A DNA stretch of 64,000 nucleotides from Acidobacteriota bacterium (GCA_963666215.2 CAXWPL010000003.1:256001-320000); one strand, 5' to 3'; positions 41,907-52,335 are shown, counted from the first letter of the stretch. Translations and numbers: made by a program. Notes: generated by a model not told the origin, from the sequence alone.

Positions 41907-44621
41907 TTGTCCCTCACGCTCCGCACCTGCCTCATGGTCACCCGCGCCACATCGGCCGCGGCTGTCATCCTCGCCCTTCTCGTCGCGCCCGCGGCACACG
42001 CTCAGCCGCCCGAAGGCAGGGGGCAAGGCAGCGACTCGGGCGCACTGCCGTCGATCGCCGACAAGGTCGACGGGCTCGAGAAGCTCGACGGCTTCTTCCC
42101 GCTGTACTGGGACGCCGAGATGGGGCAGCTCTGGATGGAGGTCCCGAGCGCGGATAGCGAGGCGATCTATGTCAGCAGCCTGTCCGCGGGCATCGGCTCG
42201 AACGATATCGGGCTCGACCGCGGCCAGCTCGGACGAACGCACGCCGTGCGGTTCGACCGTGTTGGGCGCAAGCTGTTGATGGCACAGCCGAACCTGACGT
42301 ACCGGGCAATCTCGGATAACCCCAACGAGCGCCGGGCGGTGAAAGAGGCCTTCGCCCAGTCGATTCTTTGGGGCTTCACCGTGGCCGCCGAAACCGACGG
42401 ACGCATGCTGGTAGACATGACCAGCTTCCTGATGCGAGACGCGCACGGCGTGTCGGCCCGACTACGACCAGCGCAGTACCGTCTGGACGCCTCGCGTAGC
42501 GCCATGTTCATGGAGCGCACCAAGGCTTTCCCGAAGAACACCGAGATGGACGTCACGTTGACATTCACCGTCGCTGCCAACCTGCCGAACAACACCAGGC
42601 CCGGCGGCTTCGGCGGCAACCAGAGCGGACCAGGCGGCGGCTTCGGGCGTGGCTCGTTGGGAGCGGTCACGCCCGACACGAGTGCGGTGACCGTGCGCCA
42701 GCACCATTCCTTCATCGAGCTCCCCGACCCTGATGCCGCCGGCGGCTTCGAGCCCCGCGCCTACGATCCGCGCTCGGGCTTCGGCTCGATGTCGTACCAG
42801 GACTATGCGGTGCCGCTAGGAACGTCGTTGACCCGTCGCTCGGTACGCCGCCACCGCCTCAACAAGGCTGACCCGAGCGCGGCGGTCAGCGACCCCATCG
42901 AGCCGATCATCTACTACCTCGACCGCGGAACTCCTGAGCCGATCGCATCGGCCCTGATGGACGGCGCGGGTTGGTGGAACCAGGCGTTCGAGGCGGCGGG
43001 CTACCGCAACGCCTTCCAGGTGAAGATGATGCCGGAGGGCGCCGACAACCTCGACGTGCGCTACAACGTTATCCAGTGGGTGCACCGCTCGACGCGTGGC
43101 TGGAGCTACGGCAGCTCCATCACCGACCCGCGCACCGGTGAAATCCTCAAGGGCCACGTGACCCTGGGCTCTCTGAGGGTCCGGCAGGACTACATGATCG
43201 CCGAAGGCCTGCTCGCGCCGTACGCGAACGGCACCGAAACGCCGCCTGAGCTGGCGGCCTGGGCGCTTGCGCGGCTGCGACAGCTGTCGGCCCACGAGGT
43301 GGGCCACACGATCGGCCTGGGGCACAACTACTACGCCAGCAGCGAAGGCCGCATCTCGGTCATGGACTATCCACACCCACTCATCGATGTCGACGACGAG
43401 GGCAACTTCGACTTCTCCGAGGTCTACGACGACAAGATCGGCGAGTGGGACAAGGTCACGATCAACTACGGCTACCGTGACTTTCCTCCGGGCGCCGACG
43501 AATCGGAGGAGCTGCGGGCGATCCTTGATGAGGCCTGGGAGCGCGACATCATCTACATGACCAACCAGGACATGTCGGCGCAGCCGCGCGTACACCAATG
43601 GGCCAACGGCAACGATCCCGTCGCCGAGCTCGACCGCATGATGCGGGTGCGCCGCGCGGCCCTCGATCGTTTCGACGAACGCGTCATCAAGCTCGGTCAG
43701 CCGCTCGCGGAGCTCGAAGAGGTTCTGGTTCCGCTTTACCTGCACCACCGCTACCAGGTCCAGGCGACAGCGTCGGCCATCGGTGGCTCCAACTATCACT
43801 ACGCGTTGCGAGGTGACGGTCACGGGGCGCCCGCGCCGCCGGTCACGGCTGCCGAGCAAGAAGGAGCCCTCGACTCGCTGCTGGCCACACTGCAACCCTC
43901 GGAGCTGGCGTTGCCGCGTTCTGTTCTGGCGCTCATCGCGCCGCGGCCGACCGGCTACCCACGACACCGCGAGCTGTTCCCGCGCTACACCGGACTGACG
44001 TTTGACTCCATCACACCGGCCGTGGTCGCCGCCCAGCACGTGGCCTCGCAAATCTTCAATCCGGCGCGCGCCGCGCGGCTGGTGCAGCAGCACAGCCTGG
44101 ATGAGTCGTTGCCGGGCCTCGACCACGTGCTCGACAAGACGCTGACCACTGTCTTCGCGTTCCCGACGGCCGACGGCTACGAGGCCGAGGTTGCCCGCGC
44201 GGTGCAACGCACCTTCGTCGAGCAGCTGATGACGCTGACCGCCAACGCTTCGATGCCGCAGGTGCGCGCAATCGCCACGTCGCGACTCGCCGTCATGGCC
44301 GAACACCTGAGTGGCCGCGGCGACATGCTGCACACAGAGATGACCGGCGGCAACGACTCCGGCCAGGAAGTCACGGCACCCTCGCCCGCCGACGCCCATC
44401 TTGCCCTCTTGGCGAGCGACATAGGGCGCTTCCTACATCGTCCAGCCGCGGCGTACAGCGCTCCCAGAGCCCCGCAACCACCGCCGGGGGCGCCCATCGG
44501 CCAGGCCGCTCCGCAATGGATCGATCCGACCATGGCCAGCGGTGACAGCCTTCCACCCACAGGGTCGCTTCTTAACCGGTTACTACAAGAAGACCCGATC
44601 TGCCTGTGGGAGGAGCAGTAG
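41907..44621 (+). CDS. Secreted zinc metalloprotease (DUF5117/DUF4953, EcxA-like)
   Basis: RBS GGAGG + TTG, signal peptide, DPRTGEILKG, HEVGHTIGLGHN, SVMDY Met-turn. Confidence 0.88.
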   Translation: MSLTLRTCLMVTRATSAAAVILALLVAPAAHAQPPEGRGQGSDSGALPSIADKVDGLEKLDGFFPLYWDAEMGQLWMEVPSADSEAIYVSSLSAGIGSNDIGLDRGQLGRTHAVRFDRVGRKLLMAQPNLTYRAISDNPNERRAVKEAFAQSILWGFTVAAETDGRMLVDMTSFLMRDAHGVSARLRPAQYRLDASRSAMFMERTKAFPKNTEMDVTLTFTVAANLPNNTRPGGFGGNQSGPGGGFGRGSLGAVTPDTSAVTVRQHHSFIELPDPDAAGGFEPRAYDPRSGFGSMSYQDYAVPLGTSLTRRSVRRHRLNKADPSAAVSDPIEPIIYYLDRGTPEPIASALMDGAGWWNQAFEAAGYRNAFQVKMMPEGADNLDVRYNVIQWVHRSTRGWSYGSSITDPRTGEILKGHVTLGSLRVRQDYMIAEGLLAPYANGTETPPELAAWALARLRQLSAHEVGHTIGLGHNYYASSEGRISVMDYPHPLIDVDDEGNFDFSEVYDDKIGEWDKVTINYGYRDFPPGADESEELRAILDEAWERDIIYMTNQDMSAQPRVHQWANGNDPVAELDRMMRVRRAALDRFDERVIKLGQPLAELEEVLVPLYLHHRYQVQATASAIGGSNYHYALRGDGHGAPAPPVTAAEQEGALDSLLATLQPSELALPRSVLALIAPRPTGYPRHRELFPRYTGLTFDSITPAVVAAQHVASQIFNPARAARLVQQHSLDESLPGLDHVLDKTLTTVFAFPTADGYEAEVARAVQRTFVEQLMTLTANASMPQVRAIATSRLAVMAEHLSGRGDMLHTEMTGGNDSGQEVTAPSPADAHLALLASDIGRFLHRPAAAYSAPRAPQPPPGAPIGQAAPQWIDPTMASGDSLPPTGSLLNRLLQEDPICLWEEQ

Positions 44622-44700
44622 CCGATCCGATCGAGCTCACCAGTCTCTTTCGAGTCGCGCGGAAGCCACGCTGGCGAAGCGCGCGTTACAGCTAGGCTCG

Positions 44701-46983
44701 TCAAGATCCCTGCAGCACTCGGGCTACTACGGCAGTGGAACGAGCGCACATCTTCTCGACACCGTACTCAGCACTCGCGCGATCCCGATCGGCAGCGCCG
44801 ATCCGGATCCTTTCATCTGGGCGCTGTACCAACTCCACGATGCGGTTGGCGAAGGCATCGAGATCGTCCAGCGGAACGAGGTCCATTTCAGCCCGATCCC
44901 CAAGCACCTCGCGCACTCCCTCATTGTTAGCGACCACGCATGCCAAACCGGACAGCATAGCTTCGAGAACTGCGTTCGGACATCCTTCGGTGCGCGCACA
45001 GTGCGCGTACAAGTCAACCGACGACAACAGTCCAGTAATGTCCTCTACGTGCCCGGCAAATCGCACGTCATGTCGCAAGTCGAGCGAATCGCGCAAGGCC
45101 TCCAGACTTCGTCTGACGCCTTGGTCAACGCCGGCGATAACCAATAACGGCGGCGCTCCGGGGCTAGCGCTCACGACTCGCCTCCAACCGTGCAGAAGTG
45201 ACACGTGGTCCTTCTTGCGGTTGAGACGAGCGGCCATACATGCAACAAACCGGTCGCCAACAGCGAGCCGTTGCCGCCACTGCTCGCGACCCTCGCGCGC
45301 CGGTGCCAAGGCGATGCCGTTCGCTATGACCTCGATGCACGAAGCGGGAACCGAGAGGTCCTGTTCGACGAAGCGCGCACCGCCCTGACTGTTGGCAATG
45401 AAGTGACGGACCCGACGCGCCGCGAACCGCTGCTGGCGCCGGGAGAAGCCTACAGAGTGCCCCACCCCGGTGTCTCGCTGACCCCAAATGCATCTTCCGT
45501 TGGCCAAGAAACCGGCCAACGCGCCGCACAGAACATTGCCGGGCATTGCGTAGGGCATCAGCAAATCGAAGCGCTCCCGGTGTAGAGCCCGCCAGAACCG
45601 CGCGGCCTGCCGATACGGCCGCGACCCTCCGGCAATCCATTTGACCGGCCGATACCACGGCGACCGTCCGACAATCCATTTGACCGGCTGGACCCGCCAC
45701 GGCACGCCGCCACGCTCGCATTCGCCTGCCAAACCCTCGCCGCGGGCGAGGCCCCAGAACTCCGGACGCGCGTCGTGCCGGTCCAGCAAATACCGCGCCA
45801 GCAGCAATGCCTGCCGCTCCGCACCCGCCATTCCGAGCACAGGGACCACGAAGGCTATGCGGCTGCCGGCGATCACCGTGTCGACAGACTGCGACCCTCG
45901 TGCTCCAGGATTTTTCAAGACGCCTCTCCGAGCTGCCGGAGCCATTCGTTGAGCCGGGACGAGTTGCGCGGTCGAGGCGAGGTCGGCGACGCTCTCTGGA
46001 GCCTCCGCAAGCGGCTGCGGCTCGGCACGGCTCTGCCACCGCCAGATCTGAGTAGCACCGACCGCCAGCGCAAGGATGGCCAAGATTCCGGCGATTGAGG
46101 CCGGCAGTCGCCACCGCATTCTGTCTCGACCGAGCATGCCGAGGCTCGTCTCCACCTCCAAGAGACCCCTTCGGATATCCATCGGCCGGCGTCGTCGTTC
46201 TTTCGCGAGACACTGTGTGAGGAAGCTACGCAGGGGCGGCGGCGTCCTGTCGGGCAGCCTTTTCCAATCGGGCTCGCGCTCGAGTATGGCCGCGAACGTA
46301 TCCGCTACGGTCGCGTATCCGAAGGCCCTGCGCCCCGCCAACATCTCGTACATCAAGCAGCCGAACGACCAAACGTCAGTGCCCGCACCCAGTGGCTGTC
46401 CGCGGATCTGTTCGGGACTCATGTAGGCCGGCGTCCCGATGAGCGTCCCCTTTTGGGTGAGCCGCGTCTCCGTAGGCTGACCGGCGTCTTCGGGCGGCGT
46501 TGCACCGGTCTGCATGGCACGGGCGATGCCGAAATCCAGCAGTTTCACGTCACCGGTCGATGAGACCATGACATTCGAGGGCTTGACGTCCCGATGAATG
46601 ATCCCCCTGTCGTGAGCTGCCTCGAGCGCCCCGGCGATTTGCAGACACATCTCGAGTGCTCTGTTGAGCCCGAGCCGACGCCCTTTGAGATACTCGGCGA
46701 GGGTTTCGCCCCCGACCAGCTCGAGAGCGAGCACGCAGGTGCCGTCGAGCTCCTCGAGGCCGAACAGAGTCGCGATGTTGGGGTGGCTCAACGCCGCCAG
46801 GATCTTCGCCTCACGGCGAAAGCGCGCCAACAGCTCATGGTCCGTTGCCACCTCGGCTGGCAACACCTTGAGCGCGACCTCACGGTCCAAGCGGATGTCG
46901 CGGGCCCGATACACCCGCCCCATACCGCCCTCGCCGAGTAGGCCAAGGACCTCATAGGACCCGAATCTACGCGGGATCTCCAA
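44701..46983 (-). CDS. Hanks-type Ser/Thr kinase - TM helix - GT4 glycosyltransferase in one reading frame
   Basis: GEGGMG, VALK, HRDVKPSN, DFG, YMSPEQ; TM segment; then GMAGAERQ, IANS, KKDH, EGCPNAVLEAM. Confidence 0.8.
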   Translation of the reverse strand: MEIPRRFGSYEVLGLLGEGGMGRVYRARDIRLDREVALKVLPAEVATDHELLARFRREAKILAALSHPNIATLFGLEELDGTCVLALELVGGETLAEYLKGRRLGLNRALEMCLQIAGALEAAHDRGIIHRDVKPSNVMVSSTGDVKLLDFGIARAMQTGATPPEDAGQPTETRLTQKGTLIGTPAYMSPEQIRGQPLGAGTDVWSFGCLMYEMLAGRRAFGYATVADTFAAILEREPDWKRLPDRTPPPLRSFLTQCLAKERRRRPMDIRRGLLEVETSLGMLGRDRMRWRLPASIAGILAILALAVGATQIWRWQSRAEPQPLAEAPESVADLASTAQLVPAQRMAPAARRGVLKNPGARGSQSVDTVIAGSRIAFVVPVLGMAGAERQALLLARYLLDRHDARPEFWGLARGEGLAGECERGGVPWRVQPVKWIVGRSPWYRPVKWIAGGSRPYRQAARFWRALHRERFDLLMPYAMPGNVLCGALAGFLANGRCIWGQRDTGVGHSVGFSRRQQRFAARRVRHFIANSQGGARFVEQDLSVPASCIEVIANGIALAPAREGREQWRQRLAVGDRFVACMAARLNRKKDHVSLLHGWRRVVSASPGAPPLLVIAGVDQGVRRSLEALRDSLDLRHDVRFAGHVEDITGLLSSVDLYAHCARTEGCPNAVLEAMLSGLACVVANNEGVREVLGDRAEMDLVPLDDLDAFANRIVELVQRPDERIRIGAADRDRASAEYGVEKMCARSTAVVARVLQGS
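45610..45687. repeat. Imperfect 39-nt tandem duplication within the GT4 domain
   Basis: Encodes PVKWIVGRSPWYR / PVKWIAGGSRPYR. Confidence 0.85.
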
Positions 46984-47144
46984 TCTGCGCTCCGGCCATG
47001 CGGGAGACTACGGCACCCCGGCAGGAATCTAGCCACGCCGACGGACCGAAAACAACCGAGCGATCCCAGTCACGGCGTGAAGCTCGCGGGAGCCGAGCCT
47101 CGCCGCAGCGCCGATGTTGGTGGCCTGAGCCCGCCCAGCAGCGG

Positions 47145-47891
47145 CTACTGCATGTAGTTGCCGCCGTTCGCCAGAAACGTGGCGCCGGTGGTGAACTCGG
47201 CGCCGATGATGCACTCGAGCATCCAGGTAACGTCTTCGATCTCGCCGAGTCTGGCCATCGGCATCGTGCCGACCTCCTTGGCGAGCTCCTCGGGATTGTC
47301 GAGGTCGTAGCGCTCCATCACCTCGCGGGTCTTGACGTGGTTAGGCAACAGACAGTTCACCCGGATGCGCGGTGCGAGCTCCTGAGCGATGCACTTGGTG
47401 AAGGCAAAGATGCCTCCCTTGGCGCTGCAGAAGTTGGCGCCGTTCTTGCGGCCAACCTGCCCACACGACGCGCCCAGGTTGATGATGCAGCCGGGCCTAT
47501 CGGTGTTGTGGAAAACGAACTCCTGGCTGCACACGAAGGTTCCGCGCAGGTGAGCTGCGATGACCGCGTCGAAGTTGTCGTCGGTGAGCTCGGTAAACGG
47601 CGCGTCGCGATTGATGCCAGCAAAGTTGATGAGCACGTCGACCCGCCCAAAGGCGTCGATGGCATCGTCGAACATCTGTCGCACCTGCTCGCGGTTGGCG
47701 ACGTCGGCCTTGCATTTGATCACGCGATCTTCGCCCACCTCCGCCACAACCTCGGGGTAGCGGGCCTCGATCTCACTATCGATGATGTAGCCCATCACAA
47801 CGCGGTAGCCCTTCTTGGCGAAGTGCATCGCAGAGGCCGCGCCGAGACCGCTCGAGGCCCCGGTGATCACCATCACGTCGTCTTTGTTCAT
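47145..47891 (-). CDS. SDR family oxidoreductase (atypical, FxxxK)
   Basis: ITGASSGLG, DV, NFAG, IRVNC; NFCSAK replaces YxxxK. Confidence 0.88.
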   Translation of the reverse strand: MNKDDVMVITGASSGLGAASAMHFAKKGYRVVMGYIIDSEIEARYPEVVAEVGEDRVIKCKADVANREQVRQMFDDAIDAFGRVDVLINFAGINRDAPFTELTDDNFDAVIAAHLRGTFVCSQEFVFHNTDRPGCIINLGASCGQVGRKNGANFCSAKGGIFAFTKCIAQELAPRIRVNCLLPNHVKTREVMERYDLDNPEELAKEVGTMPMARLGEIEDVTWMLECIIGAEFTTGATFLANGGNYMQ

Positions 47892-47941
47892 CAGTAGTCT
47901 TCCAATCCTCGAGATCTTGATTCGCGAGATTCGCGGGAGTC

Positions 47942-49018
47942 CTAGTCGTCGTCCACGACTCCGCCCCAGATATCGCCGACCCTGTACCCGTTCGGGAACG
48001 GATCCTGTGGATCGACAACGTACTGGGCGAAGCCCGTAATCCAGGCGGTGCCGGCCAGAGTGGGTACCACGGCGTCCACATCACCGAGCTTCGTCTCACG
48101 CACCAGGCGGCCGTGGAACGTCGTGCCGAGCACGCCCTCGTGGATGAAGTCCTCGCCAATTGCCAGTTCGCCGCGGCCCCAAAGTGCCGCCATCTTGGCG
48201 CAGGTTCCGGTGCCGCAGGGCGACCGATCGAGAACCGCCGTCCAGGTGTTCGGGTCGTTCCAATCGAGCTTTCCGGTCGAGACAACGACGGTGTTCCTGC
48301 GGTGCGCGCCAGGCGTCGTTGGCGGCGCCGAGAGCTGCCCGATCGTGATGCCGCGGATCTCGGGATTCCCCGGGTGAACCGGCTCTTCGAGCTGCTCCTG
48401 CGCCGCCGCCTTGATCATCTCGCCGACGCGCGCCAGCTCCTTGGCCTCGTGGGCCGCGCAGGTCAGTCCCATCTGGTCGGCGTCGGCGATGACGTAGAAC
48501 ATGCCGCCGTAAGCGACGTCGACGGTGACCTTGCCGATCTGCGCAACGTCGAGCTCGACACCCGTGTACACCGGGAACGCCGGCACGTTCTCGAACTCGA
48601 CGCGCGTCACCTTGCCGCCCGAGACGTCGGCGCGGACCGGGATCGGTCCCGCCGGCGACTCGAGCAGCAGCTCGGTGACGGGCTCTTTCGCTTCGACCAT
48701 CCCGGTCTCGATCAAGACGGTGGCCACGGCGATGGTGTTGGTTCCCGACATCCCCGGATACTCGACCTGCTCCATGATCACGTAGCCCGCGTCGGCGTCG
48801 GGAATCGTGGGCGGCAGGATGAGGTTGCAGTTCGCAGCGGGGTAGCCGCGCGGCTCGCGCAGCATACGCTTGCGCAGGTCGTCGGCCTGCGTTTCCAAAT
48901 AGCGCATCTTCTCGAACATTGTGGCGCCCGGAACGTCAAGAACGCCCCCGACGATCACCCTGCCAGGCTCGCCGCACGCGTGCGTGTCGACAGCCTGGAT
49001 CATGTTGGAGATACGCAT
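47942..49018 (-). CDS. Proline racemase superfamily protein (Ser/Cys type)
   Basis: DTHACGEPGR, EPRG, MSGTN, DVAYGG, DRSPCGTGTCA. Confidence 0.92.
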   Translation of the reverse strand: MRISNMIQAVDTHACGEPGRVIVGGVLDVPGATMFEKMRYLETQADDLRKRMLREPRGYPAANCNLILPPTIPDADAGYVIMEQVEYPGMSGTNTIAVATVLIETGMVEAKEPVTELLLESPAGPIPVRADVSGGKVTRVEFENVPAFPVYTGVELDVAQIGKVTVDVAYGGMFYVIADADQMGLTCAAHEAKELARVGEMIKAAAQEQLEEPVHPGNPEIRGITIGQLSAPPTTPGAHRRNTVVVSTGKLDWNDPNTWTAVLDRSPCGTGTCAKMAALWGRGELAIGEDFIHEGVLGTTFHGRLVRETKLGDVDAVVPTLAGTAWITGFAQYVVDPQDPFPNGYRVGDIWGGVVDDD

Positions 49019-49020
49019 AG

Positions 49021-50094
49021 CTATCCTCCTTCGGCGGGCGGCGGGCAGCCCGGAACGTGCATCTTCATCCAGCCCGAGGTGTTGTGAAAATCGGCGACAA
49101 CACTGCCGGGCGGAACGAGCTCATCACAGGCGGCACGCAGATCGTCGGAGAGCGTCATCTCGAGCACCGGTAGCAGCGGCTCGAGGTGCGCCATCGTTCG
49201 CGGGCCAATCAGCGGCGCGGTCACACCCGGCTGATCTTTGCACCAGAGAATGGCGAGCTGTGCCGGGTGCAAGCCCGCGTCGGCGGCCAACTTGCTGAAC
49301 GCCTTGCCTATCTCGACGCCGCCTGGCGTAACGCGGTCGGCGTAGAAACCGCCCCGCAGGTTGGCGCGCGACTCCTCGGGGAAGACCTCGGCGTTGTCGT
49401 AGCGGCCAGCGAGCACCCCCATCGCCATCGGCGCCCAGGTGATCAGCCCGACACCCCAGCGCTGACACATCGGAATCAGCTCGTTCTCGATACGCCGATC
49501 GAGCAGGTTGTACGGCGGCTGCTCCGAAACGTAGCGCACGTAACCTTTGAGCTCGCTCCAGTGGAGGGCCTCCATGAGGAGCCACGCGGGATGCGTTGAA
49601 CAGCCGATGTAGCGGACCTTTCCCTGGCGCACCAGATCGTCGAGCGCCCGGATCGTCTCGTCGAGCGGGACGTCAAACGACGGTCGATGCACCTGATACA
49701 AGTCGATGTAGTCGGTCTGTAGCCGCTTCAGCGAGCCCTCGCAGGCGCGGATGATGTTGAGGCGCGAGTGCCCCCAGTCGTTGGGGCCGACCTCCATCGA
49801 GTGGTCCTCGAGCTTCATGCCCACCTGACGGCGGCCATGATCGACCTTGGTGCCGATGAGCATCTGATGGCGACGCCCGTTGGCCTTCAGCGCCCGGCCA
49901 ATAATGCGCTCGCCCTCACCGTCGGCGTACACGTCGCCGGTATCGAGGAAGTTGATCCCGGCGTCCATGGCGCGTTCGAGGATCTCGACACTTTCCTTTT
50001 CGGGAGTCGGATCGGCGAAGTTGTCGGTGCCCAGACACAGCGGTGAAACCTTGGCTCCAGTCCTTCCGAGCACGCGGTACTCGATCACAAGCAC
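49021..50094 (-). CDS. Aldo/keto reductase
   Basis: [41 protein letters not shown]. Confidence 0.93.
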   Translation of the reverse strand: MLVIEYRVLGRTGAKVSPLCLGTDNFADPTPEKESVEILERAMDAGINFLDTGDVYADGEGERIIGRALKANGRRHQMLIGTKVDHGRRQVGMKLEDHSMEVGPNDWGHSRLNIIRACEGSLKRLQTDYIDLYQVHRPSFDVPLDETIRALDDLVRQGKVRYIGCSTHPAWLLMEALHWSELKGYVRYVSEQPPYNLLDRRIENELIPMCQRWGVGLITWAPMAMGVLAGRYDNAEVFPEESRANLRGGFYADRVTPGGVEIGKAFSKLAADAGLHPAQLAILWCKDQPGVTAPLIGPRTMAHLEPLLPVLEMTLSDDLRAACDELVPPGSVVADFHNTSGWMKMHVPGCPPPAEGG

Positions 50095-50128
50095 TCCTGG
50101 TTGTTGCTTTTCGTTGGCGACAGATTGG

Positions 50129-51352
50129 TCATTTGTGCCACCTGCGTCCGTTGTTGATTCCGTCGGCGTATGGGAACTCGCCGTCGCGCATGGCGGCGTG
50201 GTAGGCGAAGCTGGCCAGCACCACGGCCCCTTGCATCAGGTCTTCGGCAACCAGGCGGTCGTAGACGTCCATGTTGCTATGGAACGACACGTTGAAGAAC
50301 TCGAGGTCGTCCTGAATGAACTGGAAAGCGGGAAGCCCGACCTTGAGGAACGACAAGTGGTCGGTGCCGCCGGTGTTGCCCGGCACGATCCACGACATGC
50401 CCAGGTCGTCCAGAGGCTTCATCCAGGCCTCGAAGATCGGCCGCGCCTCGTCGTTGCCCTGGAGATAGATGCCGCGAAAGCGACCGTACCAGTCGACGTT
50501 GAAGTAGACGTACAGATTGTCGTGCTCCGGTAGGCGCGGCGCGGTAGCAGCGTCACCCGTATCGGGGTCGCCGAAATGAGCGCGGACGTAGCCGCGCGAC
50601 CCATGGTGGCCCACCTCCTCGGCGCCCCACAGAGCTGCCCGAATCGTGCGACGAGGCTTCACACCGGCGGCCGCGAGAATTCGCATCGCCTCCATGACGA
50701 TGGCGCTTCCCGCAACGTTGTCGGTGGCACCCGTGCCAGCGGCGTGGCTGTCGAAGTGGCCGCCGATCATCACCACCTCGTTGGCCAGATCGGAGCCCGG
50801 CAGCTCGGCGATCACGTTGTTATCGATGGGATGGTCGTCGTGGAGCTCGTTGTGTATCTCAACCTCCATCTCGACGTCGATGCCGGCGCTGAGCACACGA
50901 AGCATGCGGTTGTAGTGCTCGGCTGCGACGACGAGCCGCGGCATCGAGAGTGGCCCACTCAGCGGCAACAGCCCTTCGCCAGTGACGACAACCAACCCCT
51001 TGTCCATCGGGCCCACGTTGGACTGCCCCGGCGAAATCAGAATGGCTGCACGCTCCTGATCGAAGAACGCGGCGAGTCTCGCGTCGCTGAGCGGCTGTCG
51101 GATCGCGGCGCTCGGGCCGCCGCCGGCGGAGCCACCGCGCGTTTCGTCGTCATCGGGCGGCCGGCTCTCCAACCGCGCCATCTCGGTGAGCTCCTCGTCG
51201 GAGAGCCGCACGGCATGCGCAACGAAGTTCGGCTCGAGGTGGCGTTCGGACATGGTCAGGACGATCTTGCCGTCGAGCTGGCCGCGATAGGGTTCGAGGT
51301 CGGCCTCGTCGAGGAGCAAGGTCGTGTCGATCCACACGACCTTGCCGGAGAC
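50129..51352 (-). pseudogene. M28 family peptidase lacking its N-terminus (fused to IS3 OrfA fragment)
   Basis: GGHFDS, GATDN..GS, WGAEE, GGTDH, HSNMD; no signal peptide. Confidence 0.82.
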
Positions 51353-51561
51353 CTTGCGGCGCCATGTGTAGAACGTCTGCTCGCTGACGCCCAGCTTGCG
51401 GCACACCTCCTTGATCGGTGTGCCGGCCTCTGCCTGCCGCAGCGCGTAGGCGATCTGCTCGTCTGTGTACCTCTTGCGCTTCATCTGTCCTCCTGCTTGG
51501 AGGACGACGGTACACCGATTTCCTAAAGATCAACCTGGCCCCGTTTTCGGGGTTTGGGTCA
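51353..51561 (-). mobile_element. IS3-family left end: IRL plus first 44 codons of OrfA
   Basis: Minus strand starts TGACCCAAACCCCGAAAACGGGGCCAG..., RBS GGAGG, MKRKRYTDEQIAYALRQAEAGTPIKEVCRKLGVSEQTFYTWRRK. Confidence 0.85.
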
Positions 51562-51651
51562 GCTCTCATCACCGCCCTTCGTAGAACACACCGGGCGAAG
51601 GAACCTCGCGTCGGGGGCACCCTAGGAGGAGATCATCGAAAGGACACACCT

Positions 51652-52335
51652 ATGATCGACCGCGATCGTCTGACCCTGCATGAGGAGATCCTGCTCCTCG
51701 CGCTACGCGACGAAGAGGGCACCATCGCCTCGGGGACGAACTACTCATACGCCCTCGGCGGGGCGATTCTTGCGGAGCTGATACTCCGCGAGCGTATCGC
51801 CGTCGAGGACTCGGGCCGGAAGAAGCTCGCCGTCGTTAGCGACGCCACGCCGCTCGGCGCGCCGTTATTGGACGAGTGCCTGGAGAAGATAGCGGCGGCG
51901 AGCAAGCCGAAGGCCCTCGACGCTTGGATCACCAAGTTCGCCGGCCTCAAGCAACTGAAACATCGTGTTGCCCAGCGACTGGTCGATCGTGACGTGCTGC
52001 GCGAAGACGAGGGCCGCGTGCTGCTCGTGTTCAGCCGCAAGATCTATCCGGAGTCGGATCCGCGCCCGGAGCGCGAGCTGACGGAGCGGCTGCGGCGGGC
52101 CATGTTCGGCTATGACACCGAGGTCGACCCACGCACCGTGGTCCTCCTGTCGCTGGCCAACAGTGCCGGGCTACTGCGGCAGGCCTTCGACCGCAAGGAG
52201 CTGAAGCGGTGCAAGGCTCGCATCGAGCAGGTCGTCAACGGCGAGGCCACCGGTCAGGCAGCCAAGCAGGCCATCGAGGCCATGCAAGCGGCTGTCGTCG
52301 TGACCGCGATCATTCCCGCGGTGATCACGACCTGA
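51652..52335 (+). CDS. GPP34/GOLPH3 (Vps74) family protein
   Basis: LTLHEEILLLAL.D..G, GAILAEL....RI, PLLDE.L, LVFSRK.YP. Confidence 0.82.
   Translation: MIDRDRLTLHEEILLLALRDEEGTIASGTNYSYALGGAILAELILRERIAVEDSGRKKLAVVSDATPLGAPLLDECLEKIAAASKPKALDAWITKFAGLKQLKHRVAQRLVDRDVLREDEGRVLLVFSRKIYPESDPRPERELTERLRRAMFGYDTEVDPRTVVLLSLANSAGLLRQAFDRKELKRCKARIEQVVNGEATGQAAKQAIEAMQAAVVVTAIIPAVITT

Noticed and set aside
45905-45930. Minus-strand GAGGCGTCTTGAAAAATCC resembling an IS terminal repeat in the kinase-GT4 linker
   Set aside because: No partner inverted repeat or transposase found; too short to call.
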